Shown: in pieces, positions 29,175-43,827 of the stretch | How positions within the stretch are numbered: position 1 is the first letter of the stretch | How the letters are laid out: each line of letters begins with the position of its first letter | Origin: the human T2T-CHM13v2.0 reference genome, Homo sapiens | Assembly (NCBI RefSeq): GCF_009914755.1 | Contig: NC_060936.1 | DNA length: 64,000 bases | Direction: 5' to 3' (one strand) | Position numbers and translations under genes: made by a program | The notes under the pieces: generated by a model | Database searches by the model: none | Told to the model about the DNA's origin: nothing | What the model saw: only the letters and a program-made list of their open reading frames with translations

Positions 29175-29934
29175 GCATGAGACTCAAGATTCTATTTATT
29201 CAGAGGCAAAATTCCTTCTTAACTGTGAACCTGTGAAACCAAACAAGTTATGTGCTTCCAAAATACAATAGTGGGACAAACATAGGATGGATATTACTAT
29301 TCCAAAAGGAAGAAAGAGAGGAAGAGAAACAGTCATGGGACTCAAGCAAGTACAAATCATAGCAAAGGAAACGTCCTAAGATCTTACTTAAGGCTGGAGA
29401 ATAATGCCTTTAAGATAATCATGGCCCACTGGGGCAGCACCACCTCCCTGACCCCGTTGGGTGGAGGACCCATTAAAAGTGGCAGCATGACCCCCACAGG
29501 CAGGGAAGGCACTGCCCATGCTGTGTCTCTCTGCTGTGGCCCTGCCCATGAGGCAATTTCCTGTGGAGGGTGGGGTTGCACTCTCAGTGATCTGCTGGCC
29601 TTCTCTTCCTTCACTGATCCCCTGGGTGTTGGTCCTACCTTTAGAAATTAAAACAGCACCCCTCCCCCAGCCCATCCACTCTGGGCTTGTGGTGGGAGAG
29701 GCAGCCTTGGGGATATCTGAATTGCCTTTAGGATCTCTCTTCTTTTGTCTTGGAGAATCATGCATGTTTGCAGTGAAATTGTTCTATGGTTTGGTCCTGT
29801 GGAGTCTAAGAAATCTGACAGTCTTTGGTCATTTTGTCCTGTTTTTGTTTGTTTCCTTTAGTCTCAGTTGGCAGTGTTACCGCTGGTGTAATCTCTTCTC
29901 TGTTCCTGGCTTTTATTGAGATGGTTGATCATCT
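29175..29934 (-). other. KLRK1: KLRK1 3'UTR
   Basis: Follows the stop codon. AATAAA on the minus strand at 29195-29200 and a proximal one at ~29912-29917. 3' end approximate. Confidence 0.8.
29195..29200 (-). terminator. Likely main KLRK1 polyadenylation signal AATAAA
   Basis: tttatt on the + strand about 735 nt past the stop codon; consistent with a ~1.6-kb mRNA. Confidence 0.7.
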
Positions 29935-30052
29935 TTACACAGTCCTTTGCATGCAGATGTACGTATTTGGAGTTGAACAGTTTTCTATATAGCCTTTAAA
30001 GCTCGAGGCATAGAGTGCACAGTCTCCCTTCTGCATTTCAATTATTGTTAGT
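29935..30052 (-). CDS. KLRK1: KLRK1 exon 8 coding part LTIIEMQKGDCALYASSFKGYIENCSTPNTYICMQRTV*
   Basis: Within ORF 29935..30135. Acceptor CCTCTAG|A. Total CDS 40+108+93+36+152+104+118 = 651 nt. Confidence 0.98.
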
Positions 30053-30785
30053 CTAGAGGAGAGACAATTACAAATTACATACATGATTTTATTAACGCGG
30101 GAAAATAAAAATGAATCATACCTATTGAACTTCAAATACAGGAACTTAATACCATTTTAGGAGATTATGGACCATGCCTGGTCCTAATTCATAAACAAAA
30201 TATAGCCAACTCAGATAATAAAAATAAAAATTATAAATAATGCGCCACTCTTTTTATCATACATCAGAAACTAGCCAATTCTGAAGTCTAAAATCTCTTC
30301 ATATGTATACCCAAGTTAAATGAAAACTTTAGAATGTTTATTTTAAAACAAATATTTAAGTGAGAAATAAATTCAGTGTTCAATTTAGAATTTGATACTG
30401 TGTTTTGTGGAAAAATAAAACATTTTCTTCAGATATATGCAATTTTACTTGGTAAGGAAATGAAAATAAAATTTCAAATCTAATACATACATACACACAT
30501 TCACAAGTGTGTATAAGTGTGTGTGTGTGTGTGTGCATATGTTTAGGCATTCCATGTGGAGATTTCTATATCTATATATGTGTTTTACTCTGGCATCTTT
30601 AATCTTTTGGAGTTATATGATTAATAATGATACTTTGTTTTCTTTCATAAGAGATGGGAAATAGAAAGCTCAAGAAAGAGTGAGGATGTCACTTCAATGT
30701 AAAATTGACAAAAAAATAAAAAGATTATGGTCTGATGCTATCCCTATTTAAAAAGACGATGTAATGATCTCTGTTCTGTAACTGA

Positions 30786-31131
<346 letters not shown>

Positions 31132-31189
31132 CCAGCTGAGATTTTTTAATAACTGCTCTTACTAGGTTCAGTCTACATTAGAGTCTCGT

Positions 31190-31497
31190 TCTTTTTTTCT
31201 TTCTTTCCTCTCTCTCTTTTTTTTTTTTTTGACAGTGTTTTGCTCTTGTCAGCCAGGCTGGAGTGCAGTGGCGCAATCTCGGCTCACTGCAACCTCCACC
31301 TCCTGGGTTCAAGCAATTCTGCTGCCCCTCAGCCTCAGGAGTAGCTGGGGTTACAGGCACTTGCCACCACATCTGGCTAATTTTTGTATTTTTAGTAAAG
31401 ATGAGCTTTCACCATGTTGGCCAAGCTGGACTTGAACTCCTGACCTCAGGTCCTCCCAAAGTGCTGGGATCACAGGCGTGAGCCACTGCACCCGGCC
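31190..31497 (-). mobile_element. AluS with a small left-arm deletion
   Basis: Alu consensus. tgacctcaggtcctccc lacks ~16 nt. Confidence 0.93.
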
Positions 31498-32109
31498 TCA
31501 TTCTTTTTAATATCACTTTGTCCATGTGTTCCTTCGATTTCTTTCTCTGTTTTTTCATACTACTTTCATTACACTTCTGCCAGAGTACCTAACTAACTAC
31601 ACTGGATTATTTGTTTGTAACTACATCTCTGACTAGAGTTTGAAGCTCTAAAATGAGTTTTATTCTACTCATCTCTGTAGTTATCTCTGCATAATTCCTG
31701 GAAATTGTGCAGTAATCAACCAATATTTACTACATGCATAAACAGAAAGTTAGTATGCTAGTTGTTTTGCTTCTGAAAAAAAATTTTGTCCTTGTAGATA
31801 GGAAAATATTGAGAAACTATGATATAAACTCTTATTTTTTAGAGAATCAATGTTTTTTCTGTTAAAAAAACTCTCAAGCCATACATAAATGAGGCCATCC
31901 TGGATCAATTCTAAGGTATACTGGGGCTTCCAAATTACAAATAGATAATAAGGAAGGAAGGTAGGGAGTTCTTGCTACAATAAACACAAGGGGAAAATTG
32001 AAAATAACACATGAGAGTAAAAGGTTGTGCATTGATCATTGCCAATTAATCATTAAAGTAGCAAAGTAAATTTAAAAATCAGCGAAAAGAGCACTTTTTT
32101 AGTCATTTA

Positions 32110-32330
32110 ATAGTAAGTCTGGCTCCAGAGCCAGAAATATATATATTTGAGTCCTCATTGCAACAATTATTCATTTTGTAACTTAAGTGAGTTATTTAAC
32201 ATGTTAAGATTCTGTTGTATACCATTAGAATTAGGTTAAAATAACACCTGTATACAGGATTGTTAAGTATATTTAATGAAAGGATACATTTAAGTGCTTA
32301 AATCTGTGTCTGACAGACAGGAAGCACCTA
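32110..32330. mobile_element. MIR fragment
   Basis: Degenerate MIR core (...acttaagtgagttatttaac...aggattgttaag...). Confidence 0.5.
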
Positions 32331-33474
32331 ATTAACCTAATTTTAACATTGATATTGTTGTGACTTTTTATTACATTGAAGAATTGGAAATTCAAATATC
32401 TAAAGTCCCCTTGAAATAAAGAATTATAATATTTACAATCTAGAGGACTTCTGCAATATTTGTGATATTATGAGACTGAAAAAAGGAAAAGCAGTAGTGA
32501 CAAAATGCTTAGGTTTCATTCCTGATCGTTGTAGCTGAATGAAGAAATTACTGAACAGTGTAGTGACAGGTCAGATCTTTCAAATGGTAGAAATGACCTT
32601 TCTTGAATACTCTAGCATTAATCTGGAGAATTACAACTATATTCATAAGATCAGTGAACATTAAGATGTTGTCACTTAGTCTGGGTGTGCTGAATTGCTC
32701 TGTGCAATCAAGTGGGTAAAAGAGCAGGCTATAAAAACTACAGACATGGGACACTTCAGAATCCAGAAAGACCAAGCTGTAGTTCACCGGACACAGAAAT
32801 GGAGATAAGAGATTTGAAGAAATAAAGAAATGTAAAGATATGCAGAAGGTCACCTTTGAATATTCAGCAGAGTACTTACTAATGCATGTATGTAAAAAAC
32901 TACTCCAGGATGGAGAAAGAACTGTCTGAAAAGATTTAGGGTAAACAATACTTAGTGCTAACATAGGGTCTAGTATTTTGCCTGTTTCTACCAGCCATAT
33001 TACAAAACTTTGTATTTCAAAGGTTATCACATAGAATACATAGAAAACAGCAGAATAAACATTTCTGATCAAATACACCTAAAACATTTTTAAAAACACA
33101 CTATAGTCTAGTCCATAACACTGATGTCAATAAATTTAAGTTTTAAATTATACAAAATAATTCGCTAATGAAAATGAAATTAAATTAGAAATCAATAATA
33201 AAAATGTCTGAAAAATTCACAAATGTTGAAAACTAAATGACACATGTAAATAATCAATGAATCAAAGAATGCAAAAGACAATTTAGAAACTATTTTTAAC
33301 TGAATGGAAACAAAAAGTAGTATCTCAAAATATGACGGGATGTTGCCAAATCATCTCACATATTAATAGTATAACTTTTATTAGAAAAAAAGGTTTCAAA
33401 TCAACATATCAGCTTTCAATATAAGAAACTAAAAAAGCAAATTTAACCTACTATAAGAAGACAGTAAATAATAA

Positions 33475-33939
<465 letters not shown>

Positions 33940-34950
33940 TAAAATTTAAGAGGCTGATCAAAACAAGTGTTGACTAGGATGTGAAGCAACTTCTCTGTCA
34001 GATTTTCTCTTACATACTGCTAGGTAGAAAGTAAAATTTGTAAAATATCATCACCACTTTGGATAACAGTGTGGCACTTTAAAAAAAGTTAAGTATATAC
34101 TTATATGATTCAGCCATTTTGTTTCTAGGTGTTTATGTTAAGGGAAAGAAAGATTTCGTTAATATGATACAAATACTTGTACACAAATATTATTAGCAAG
34201 TAGCATTATTTGTAATGATCAATAACTGGGAATTACCTAAATATACATCAATAAATGAAGAGATAAAAGGAAATTAACTCTTTACTCATGCAATGAGATG
34301 GCTGAATCTCAAGATAACTTTTCTAAGTGAAAATAAGACATTGCAAATGATATATATTGTAGGACTTCATTTATATTAAATTCTATGAATTGCAAACTAA
34401 TCTAAAGTGACAGAAAACTGATTGACTGGAAAGAGAAAGAGGTAAGGACATAGGGACACAGAGGAGAAATCACAAAGGTGCATGCTTAGAGAATGTTTTC
34501 CAGGTAATTTATATGTTAACTATCTTGATGTTCTTTATGTTTTCATGGGCTCATATAGTTCTCGAGACTTATCAAATTGTATACTTTATATATGTGCAAT
34601 TTATTATATGTTAATTATATCTCAACATGTCTGGTAATAAATTCAAAAAGAAATGTATGTAATATTTAACCTCTCTGTTTCTGTCTCTTTATCTGTAAAA
34701 CGAACATATTAGACCTGCCTTCCACAGTACTTACCATATAGTAAACAATTTGTATTACTTACTAGTATTTGTGTTGGCTGCTCTACAACTAATACAACTT
34801 TCTCCCAAATTTAGGGCCTAAGCACTTTTTACTAAATCTATTAGAATGTGCAAATGTCCTGGGATTATGTGAGATGAGTGATTAGAATTATTACAGGGAA
34901 AACTTAGGAAAAAAATTAAAAAGAAGAGACTCATTGGGTCAGAGACTTAC

Positions 34951-35054
34951 AGGTTGGGTGAGAGAATGGAGCCATCTTCCCACTGCCAAGATCCATTTGT
35001 TGGAATGTGTACTAGTCCCATCCAATGATATGACTTCACCAGTTTAAGTAAATC
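34951..35054 (-). CDS. KLRK1: KLRK1 exon 7, CTLD part 2 [34 protein letters not shown](L)
   Basis: WMGL and WQWEDGS motifs. Acceptor AAACAG|G, donor CCT|GTAAGT. 104 nt. Confidence 0.98.
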
Positions 35055-35372
35055 CTGTTTGAAACCACAAATAAACTATAAGTAAAATCAGTGTTGATAA
35101 TTTTAGTAAACGCAAGACCATAACCATTTCATCTGTTCTCACACTTGTAAAAAAATGCATTCTGTCCACTAACTGGCATAATTCTCATCCGAGCACACAT
35201 ACATGATACCTACAATTTCTGTGCTTTGTTATTTTCAATGAAGAAAGATTTAGGGTTGGTATTAGAATAACCAAGTCACAGTGTCCCTTATATGTTCTAG
35301 GTTCATATTCCAGTGAGTTGTCTCAGATGTTAGGATTAAATACAGGATGGGAAATTAAAATAAATACTCAAC

Positions 35373-35524
35373 CTGGTCCTCTTTGCTGTATACTTTCAGA
35401 AGGCTGGCATTTTGAGACATACAAGAAGCCTGGCTCTCATACCAGTTTTTACTCTCATCAAAAAATTGGTAGCAGTTATTTTTGTAACATATCCAGTTTT
35501 TAGGACATGGGCCACAGTAACTTT
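35373..35524 (-). CDS. KLRK1: KLRK1 exon 6, C-type lectin-like domain part 1 (E)[50 protein letters not shown]
   Basis: CTLD CPxxW motif. Acceptor TTCCAG|A, donor CAG|GTTGAG. 152 nt. Confidence 0.98.
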
Positions 35525-35690
35525 CTGGAAAAGGAGAATATATTATTAATTCTACACATCTGAACCATTATAGCAGATTTTGTCTAGACAAATTAAATGC
35601 CTTTTTCACTCCAACTCTAAAATTTCAGATTATTAAATTATTACAGTCATAACCAAAGGCATATCTCTACATATTCATAGAGAGAAGCCA

Positions 35691-36156
<466 letters not shown>

Positions 36157-36264
36157 CTAGAATTAATTACTTTTTCCTTTTTTAATCATGGAATACATGT
36201 CTACACAATAATGTAGGTAGATACATATAATATATGATCTAAAATATTTTAAAAATTCACTTAC

Positions 36265-36300
36265 CGGTCAAGGGAATTTGAACTTCTTGGTTGAATAATG
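36265..36300 (-). CDS. KLRK1: KLRK1 exon 5, stalk (S)LFNQEVQIPLT(E)
   Basis: Acceptor TTAATAG|C, donor CCG|GTAAGT. 36 nt. Confidence 0.97.
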
Positions 36301-36517
36301 CTATTAAAATAACCATAAGTATTAAAAGTTTGTATTGTTAGTAACTTATAGTATAAGCAAATATAGTTTACAAATTTCTGGACTAATAGCAAAAATGTGA
36401 CAAAGATACATTTAATATTTCTAGTTTATGTGTCTGTGTTTATGAATACTAACAAAAATAATACATTAGCATTGTTAAATTGACAATGTTGCAATCTACT
36501 TCTCTGTTGTCACTTAC

Positions 36518-36610
36518 AGTTTAGGAATACAGCACTCCATATTGTTACCATAATAATGAAACGGATTCCCATGGCTACAGCGATGAAGCAGCAGAAAAAA
36601 AATGGAGATG
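36518..36610 (-). CDS. KLRK1: KLRK1 exon 4, transmembrane (A)SPFFFCCFIAVAMGIRFIIMVTIWSAVFLN(S) with the DAP10-pairing Arg
   Basis: Manual translation of the minus strand. Acceptor TTGACAG|C, donor ACT|GTAAGT. 93 nt. Confidence 0.98.
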
Positions 36611-36799
36611 CTGTCAAAGAAAAAAGACACAGATCAGAGAAAGAAGCATAAAAGGTTTGGGTATCTTTGTATTTAATATAAATATTAGAGTTTTTTAAAT
36701 GAGAAGGTGGTATTGATCCTTTTTCTGCCTTAATAATTTTTTCCAGAACAGAACATAAATACCTCGCAAATGATCAAAAACTAGAGTACAACAATGTAA

Positions 36800-37182
<383 letters not shown>

Positions 37183-37227
37183 GTGATTTATTATTTTTAT
37201 GCAGATACAATAATAAACATAAAGAAG

Positions 37228-40200
37228 GAGGAAGCATCATCAAGATGGCTAACTACAGGCACCCAGCACTCACTTCCACAAAGGACCAAAACAACAAGTA
37301 GATAACCACACATTGAATAGAGTGTTGAAGGGAGAAGGCTGGAATTCAGCAAGAAAGTGACCAAGTCTCTCTGAGGCACAGATGCTCAGGGCGATAGCAT
37401 AGAAAGGGAAGAGAAGCAGGTGACATGGATCAGCTTGGAGCCAAGAGGGACTCTCCACTGAGGAGAAAAGGTAAACAGGAGCTCCCCAGCAGTCCACATT
37501 CCCATTATAAATACCTGCTATCCTAGGTATAGGAGAGCTCCACATTCCTCACGATCCCTGAGTCCAGTATAGGGAGTTCACTGACATCCACATAACTGCA
37601 TTATTCCAGAGTGGGAATTCACACTGGGGTCCCTCCTCTTCTCTGGAACACAGGCTGCAGCAGCACTGCACCATTTTGAGAGTGTAGCCACCACCAAAGT
37701 ACGCTCTGCCCTGGGGCCTAATAGTTCCTTTATCTTCGCATGTTTGGGGCCCAATAGCTTATGCATCTTCACATCCCTGGGGCCCTGCTGACATTCCACC
37801 AAATCCACCTAGAGGACTGTAGCATAGCCACACCAGGTGATCCCAACCAAAGGTGTAGTCATGACCCTTGCATCAAGCCTATACAGAGCCCTATGCCCAG
37901 GGAACAGGAGATGCAGCCAAGCACAGAGTCTGTCCTCAGCATAGAGAGAGTCATGCATGCGCCCCCCCAGATTCCCAGAGCCACTCACTTGGAGCCCAGT
38001 GCCACCACTGCCAGCAATCCCACTTTCTCCAGCAGCAGGCCAGAAAAGCATGGGATGATATATTCAAAATGCCAAAAAAAAAAAATACCTCCTCCCAAAC
38101 AAGAATACTGTATTAAGCGAAACTATCCTTTAGAAATAAAGGAGAAATACTCTTCCAGACAAGCAAAAACTGAGGGAATTCATCACCACTAGACTAGCCC
38201 CACAAGAGATGCTTAAGGGAGTCCTATATCTGGAAGCAAAAGGACAATATCTATCATCATAAAAATACACAAAAGTATAAAACTGGTTGGTAGAGCAGAT
38301 ACACAAATAAGAAAGAGAAAGGAATCAAACATTATGGCTACAGAGAACCACCAAACCACAAAGATAAATAATGATAGAGGAGAAAAAAATCAATGGGTAG
38401 GCAAAACAACAGGTATATCAGAAAACAATTAAGAAAATGGCAGAAGAGCAAGCTGGCTGTGAAGAACCCTTTAGTGATTATCTTCTCACAGAAACATCAA
38501 ATTAAATAATTATCCATGCAAGAAAATACCTTCAAAAGAATTCAAGAAATTAGGTGCGCTATCACAGTACCCTGATTTTAGCATGATAACGAGAAAAAAC
38601 ACATTAAAGAGGTAAGAAAAGATGGTCTTGCCTTGCCTAAACGCCTCTCTTCCAAACCCAGATAGTGCAGTGCTTAGAGAAAAACTGCCTGCTTGGGAAA
38701 TGGAAATAAGAGTGTGGGACTTTGTGTCGGAACTTAGACCTGGCCCCACCACATTGGAACACAGCAAAAGACAGAGACCCCATGGCCCTTGATTCCAAAC
38801 CAGTGCTCATATGGGGAGCATTTTGACCCACCGTGGGCCAGAGGTGAATCCACTGCTTAGGCAGGAAGAACCTTAGTCTCAGCCCACTTTATCACCAGCT
38901 GACTAAAGTGGCCTTGGTCCCAAGAAAATTTCAGTGGTTGCAGGCCATAGCAACCATGGCCCTTGGGCAAGCCCTGGCACAGCACTGGTCTGGGAGGCTG
39001 TGGACAAACAGAAAACTTTCCAAACCCAGAGAAAGATATGAATAACCAAATACCGGAAGGTCAAAGATTAGCAAGCAGATTCAACCCAAATGAGATCACC
39101 ACAAGACATATAAAATTTAAATGTTCAAAGCTCCAGACAAAGTGAGAATTTTAAAGGAAGCAAAATTTAAAAAGCAAAATAAATATAAAGAAGCTTCAAC
39201 ACATCTGTTAGCAGACTTCTTAGCAGAAACTTTATAGGCCAAGAGGAAGTGGGGTGACATATTCAAAGACCCAAGGAAAACAAAATGCCAACTGAGATAC
39301 CGTACCCAGCAAAACTATCGACATGATGGAGAGAAAAAGTATTTCTCAGGCAAACAGAAGTTGAGTGAATTTATTACCACCAGACCTGTCTTACATGATA
39401 TGCTAAAGAGAGTTTTTTCAGTCAGAAAAAAAAGAACACAAATGTGCAATAAGAAAACATTTGAATGTATAAAACTCACTGATAAAAGTAAGTACACAGA
39501 CAAATTCAGAATATTCTAATACTGTAATTGTGGTGCCTCAACCACTCAGATCTTATGAAGACCAAAAGACAACTCTATCAAAATAATAGTAATTACAATT
39601 TATTAAGAGATAGTCAATATAAAATGATGTAAATCCATACAAACATAAGTCAACATGTGAGAGGAGATGGAGTTAAAGTGTAGAGTTGTTTAGTTTTTTC
39701 TTTTGTTGTTTTGTTTTTCTTTGCTTTGTGATCAAAGTTAAGCTGTCATCAGTATAAAATAATTGCTATAAGCTATAAGATGTCCTTGTAAGTCTCACAG
39801 TAACCACAAAACAAAAACCTATAATAGATACACTAAAATGAAAATCAAGGAATTAAAATACACTGCCAGAGAAAGCAACTTAATCACAAAGGAAGACAGG
39901 AAGAAAGGAAGACTTACAAAACCACTAGAAAACAAGGAACAAAATGGCAATAGTAAGTTCTTACATACCAATAATAATATTAAATGCAAGGGGGCTAAAT
40001 TCTCCAAGTAAAAGACATAGAGTGACTGAATGGATTAAAAACAAAAAAAACCAAACAATATACTGCCTACAAGAAACCCACTTTGCTCATAAAAACACAC
40101 ATAGACTGACTGTATAGGGATGAAAACAGATATTCCATGAAAATGAAAACCAGTAAAGAGCAGGCACAGCTATACTTAGATAAAATAGACTTTAAGTCAA

Positions 40201-42185
40201 AAAGAGTAAAAAAGAGTCAAAGAAGACCATTATATAATGACAAATGGGTCACTTCAGCAATATAATATAGTATTTATAAGTATACATATGCACCCAATAT
40301 TACAGCACTCAGATATATTAAGTAAATATTAATAGATCTGAAGGGAGAAATAGATGAATACAATAAGGGCAGGGGAGTTCAACAACACATTTTAAGCAAT
40401 GGACAGATCATTCAGGCAGAAAATCATAAAAGAAACATCAGAGTAAAACTATAATATAGACCTAATGAACCTAACTAAATGTACAGAACATTTCATCCAA
40501 CTGCTGCAAAATACACATTCTTCTTATCAGCACATGGAACATTCATCAGGACAGACCATATGCTAGGTGATAAGTCTCAAAACATTTCCAAAAGTCAATA
40601 TTATATCAAGTAAATTTTCTGACAACAATGGAATAAAACTAGAAATTGATAACGAGGAACTTTGGAAACTGCACAGATACATGAAAATTAAACAACATGC
40701 CTTTGAACAAATAAACAAATTCAGTAAAGTTTCAGGATCAAAAATCTGCATACAAAAATCAGTAGTGTTTCTATACACCAATAACAAACTGGATGAAAAA
40801 GAAATCAAGAAGTCAATTCCATTTGTAATACCTACAAATAATAAAATACCCTGGAATAAATTTAATCACACAAGTGAAAGACCTCTACAATGAAAACTGT
40901 AAAATACTGATGAATGAAACCAAAGAGGATGCAAAAAAATGGAAAGACATCTCATGTTCATAGACAGAAAGAATATTGTTAAAGTAATCATATGACTCAA
41001 AGCAATCTACAGATTCAGTGCAATTCCTAACACGATACCAGTAACATTCTCTACAGAAATAGAAAAATATCTTAAAATTTATATGGTACCACAAAAGACT
41101 GAATAGCCAAAGCAATCTTGAACAAAAATGAAGAAAACTGGTGGCATCACGTTACCTGACTTCAATATATACGACAAAACTACAACAACCAAAACAGTAT
41201 GGCATTGATATAAAAATAGACACCTAGACCAATAAAACAGAATAGACAACCCAGGAATAAATCCATGTATTATAGCCAACTGATTTTTCCAGAAAGTCAC
41301 CAATAACATACACTGGGAAAGGAGAGCCTCTTCAATAAATGAAGCTGAAAAAACTGGATATCCACATAGAGGAATGAAATTAGACCCTCATCTCACACCA
41401 TATACAAAAATCAACTCAAAATGGATTAATGACTTAAATATAAGAACTGAATCTATAACACTACTAGAAGAGATAAGAGAAACACCACAGGACATTAGTC
41501 TAGGCAAAGATTTTATGGGTAAGAATTCAAAAGTACAGGCAACAAAAGCAAAAAGAAACAAATGAGATTGTATCAAACTAACACACTTCTCTACTGCATA
41601 GGAAACAATTGACAGAGTGAAGAGACAACTTGTAGAATAAGAGAAAATACTCGCAAACTATTCCTCTAACAAGAGACCAATATCCAGAATATACAAGGAA
41701 TTCAAACAACTCAACAGCAACAACAAAAACTGATTTGAAAATGAGCAAAGGATCTGAATAGATATTTCTGAGAAGATATACAAATAGCCACAGATATATT
41801 TTTTGAAATTCAACATCATTCATCATCAAGAAGATGAAAATCAAAACCACAATGAATATCATCTCACCCTAGTTAGAATAGCTATTATTTAAAAAGACAA
41901 AAAATAACAAATGACAGTGAGGATGCAGGGAAAGGCTAATGTTTATACAATTTTGGTGGGAATGTAAATTAGTATAGCCATTATGGAAACAGTATGGAGG
42001 TCCCTTAAAAAACTAAAAATATAACTACCATATGACTCAGCAATCTGGGTCTTTCTCCAATGGAAAGGAAATCAGTATATTGAAGTAACGTCTGCACCCC
42101 CATGTTTATTGCAGCATTATTCACAATAGCCAAGATATGGAATTAACCTGTGTCCATTAACAGATAAATAGCTAAGCACACACAG

Positions 42186-42217
<32 letters not shown>

Positions 42218-42732
42218 GAATACCATTCAGTCATAAAAAAAAGAATGAAAAGAATGAAATCCTATTATTTGCACCAACATGGATGAGTCAGAAGTACATA
42301 ATGTTACGTAGAGTAAATCAGGCATGGAAAGATAAATACCACATGTTCTCACTCATATGTAGGAGATACAAACTTTTAGCTCACAGAAGTAGAGAGTAGA
42401 ATTGTGGTTATTTAAGGCTAGAAAGAATAGGGGGGAGGAGAAGATTGGGAGAGGTTGGTTAATGAATACAAAATTACAGCTACATGCGGGATTTTTCTAG
42501 TGTTCTATAGCACTGTAGGGAGAGTACTGTTAAGAGTAATTTATTGTATATTTTCAGATAGCTAGAAGAGAAGGTTTTGAATGTTCCCAACACAAAGAAG
42601 TGATAAATGTTGAGGTGATGGGTGTGCTAATTACCTTGATTTGGTCATTAGACATTGTATAGTTGAATGGAAATATCACTGTATCCCATAAATATGTATA
42701 ATTATTACATGCCAACTAAAAATAAACAAAAA
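37228..42732 (+). mobile_element. Rearranged old L1M/L1MA (5'UTR pieces, ORF1, ORF2 with deletions, 3'UTR) in KLRK1 intron 3, antisense to the gene
   Basis: caagatggc 5' motif and ORF1/EN/RT remnants (e.g. 40567..40893, 41374..41565). L1MA-type 3' end. Confidence 0.85.
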
Positions 42733-43719
42733 TTACCGTTCCCCTTAACTACATATTAAAAATACATTTTAAAGAAACTATAATACACAAAATATCCTAT
42801 GAATTTTTTTTTTTTTTTACCTAAGACAATATCCTGGTGATTAGTCCTCATGGCGTATAAGGATACCAAATTTATAAATAGCTGCATTGTATTTCACTGA
42901 CAACTCTGGACAGATCTAATTTTTGACGGACTGTCAATTTTTTTTTCCAGTGGATATTTAAATTGTTTCTTAGGTCTTGCTATGAGAAATAATGATACAT
43001 TTCATACCCATCTGTGCATATTTTTGAGTCTCTCTCTGGGATAAATTCCCACAATGATAATTGTTGAGGGAAAGGGCATGTGTGTTTTAAATTTTGGTAA
43101 CAATTGAATATTTTAGTCCAAAAAGGGATTTTTACATATAGCACTTTGCATTCCTTAAATTAATTCTTGTAAAGAGATGCTATTTGTTAATAATTTGTTT
43201 CTTAGTTTTTAATAAAAATTGATAAGTGAGGGTCATCTGTTGTTTTCCTTTTCATACAAACTATATAAAGGTCTATTACCAATAATATTCTGCTTTGAAA
43301 AAAGTCATTGGAGAATATATCTTCTTCACTGAACTCAGAAACAATTCTATAAATAATAATCAAGCTACCACTTCTATAATGTTTAGGAACATATCTCTGG
43401 AGGGTTTTTAAAATATCTTTTCTCTTCTCTTTTTCATTTCTATTTAGTTTTCTTTTCAGTGATCTCTTAGAAACTCCTGCCTCGATTATATTATCATGAT
43501 AATAAACTCATCATTTTTTAGGGCGTGACAATATTCTAAACTCAATAGCTTTTAATACCATAATTTTATTATATATTTTAATATTATATGAGAGTTCATG
43601 TTATTCCTGCTTTCCTCATGAAGATAAAGTCAACTGAATGATTGCCATTCATTTAATCACATAGTTTCCAAGATTCATTTCAATATACTGAGAGTAGACA
43701 AATGGAACATAGGACTTAC

Positions 43720-43827
43720 CATTTTCTCTACATTTGCTTTTGACTACTGGACATCTTTGCTTTTGCCATCGTGTTGAAAAATCACTCTTCTTCAGATCCA
43801 AGTTATAATTATGAAATTCACTCATCT
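43720..43827 (-). CDS. KLRK1: KLRK1 exon 3, cytoplasmic (E)MSEFHNYNLDLKKSDFSTRWQKQRCPVVKSKCREN(A)
   Basis: Peptide lies within ORF 43649..43861. Acceptor CTCTAG|AG, donor ATG|GTAAGT. 108 nt, phase consistent with neighbours. Confidence 0.98.

Larger units (their letters stand above)
18818..29890 (-). mobile_element. MaLR element (3' LTR start 18818-18916; internal 18917-18961 and 29080-~29890), split by the provirus
   Basis: LTR end ...aaacattctgtccataaca followed by ttctgccc. MaLR-internal sequence is continuous across the attc TSD. Confidence 0.75.

Noticed and set aside
32548-33078. 176-aa ORF in KLRK1 intron 7
   Set aside because: Non-ATG start, overlaps decayed L1-like sequence, and has no recognisable domain.
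36526-36655. Apparent + strand exon (ttag|GAATAC...AAAAG|gtttgg) with an open frame
   Set aside because: It overlaps the antisense of the real KLRK1 TM exon and has no independent coding support.
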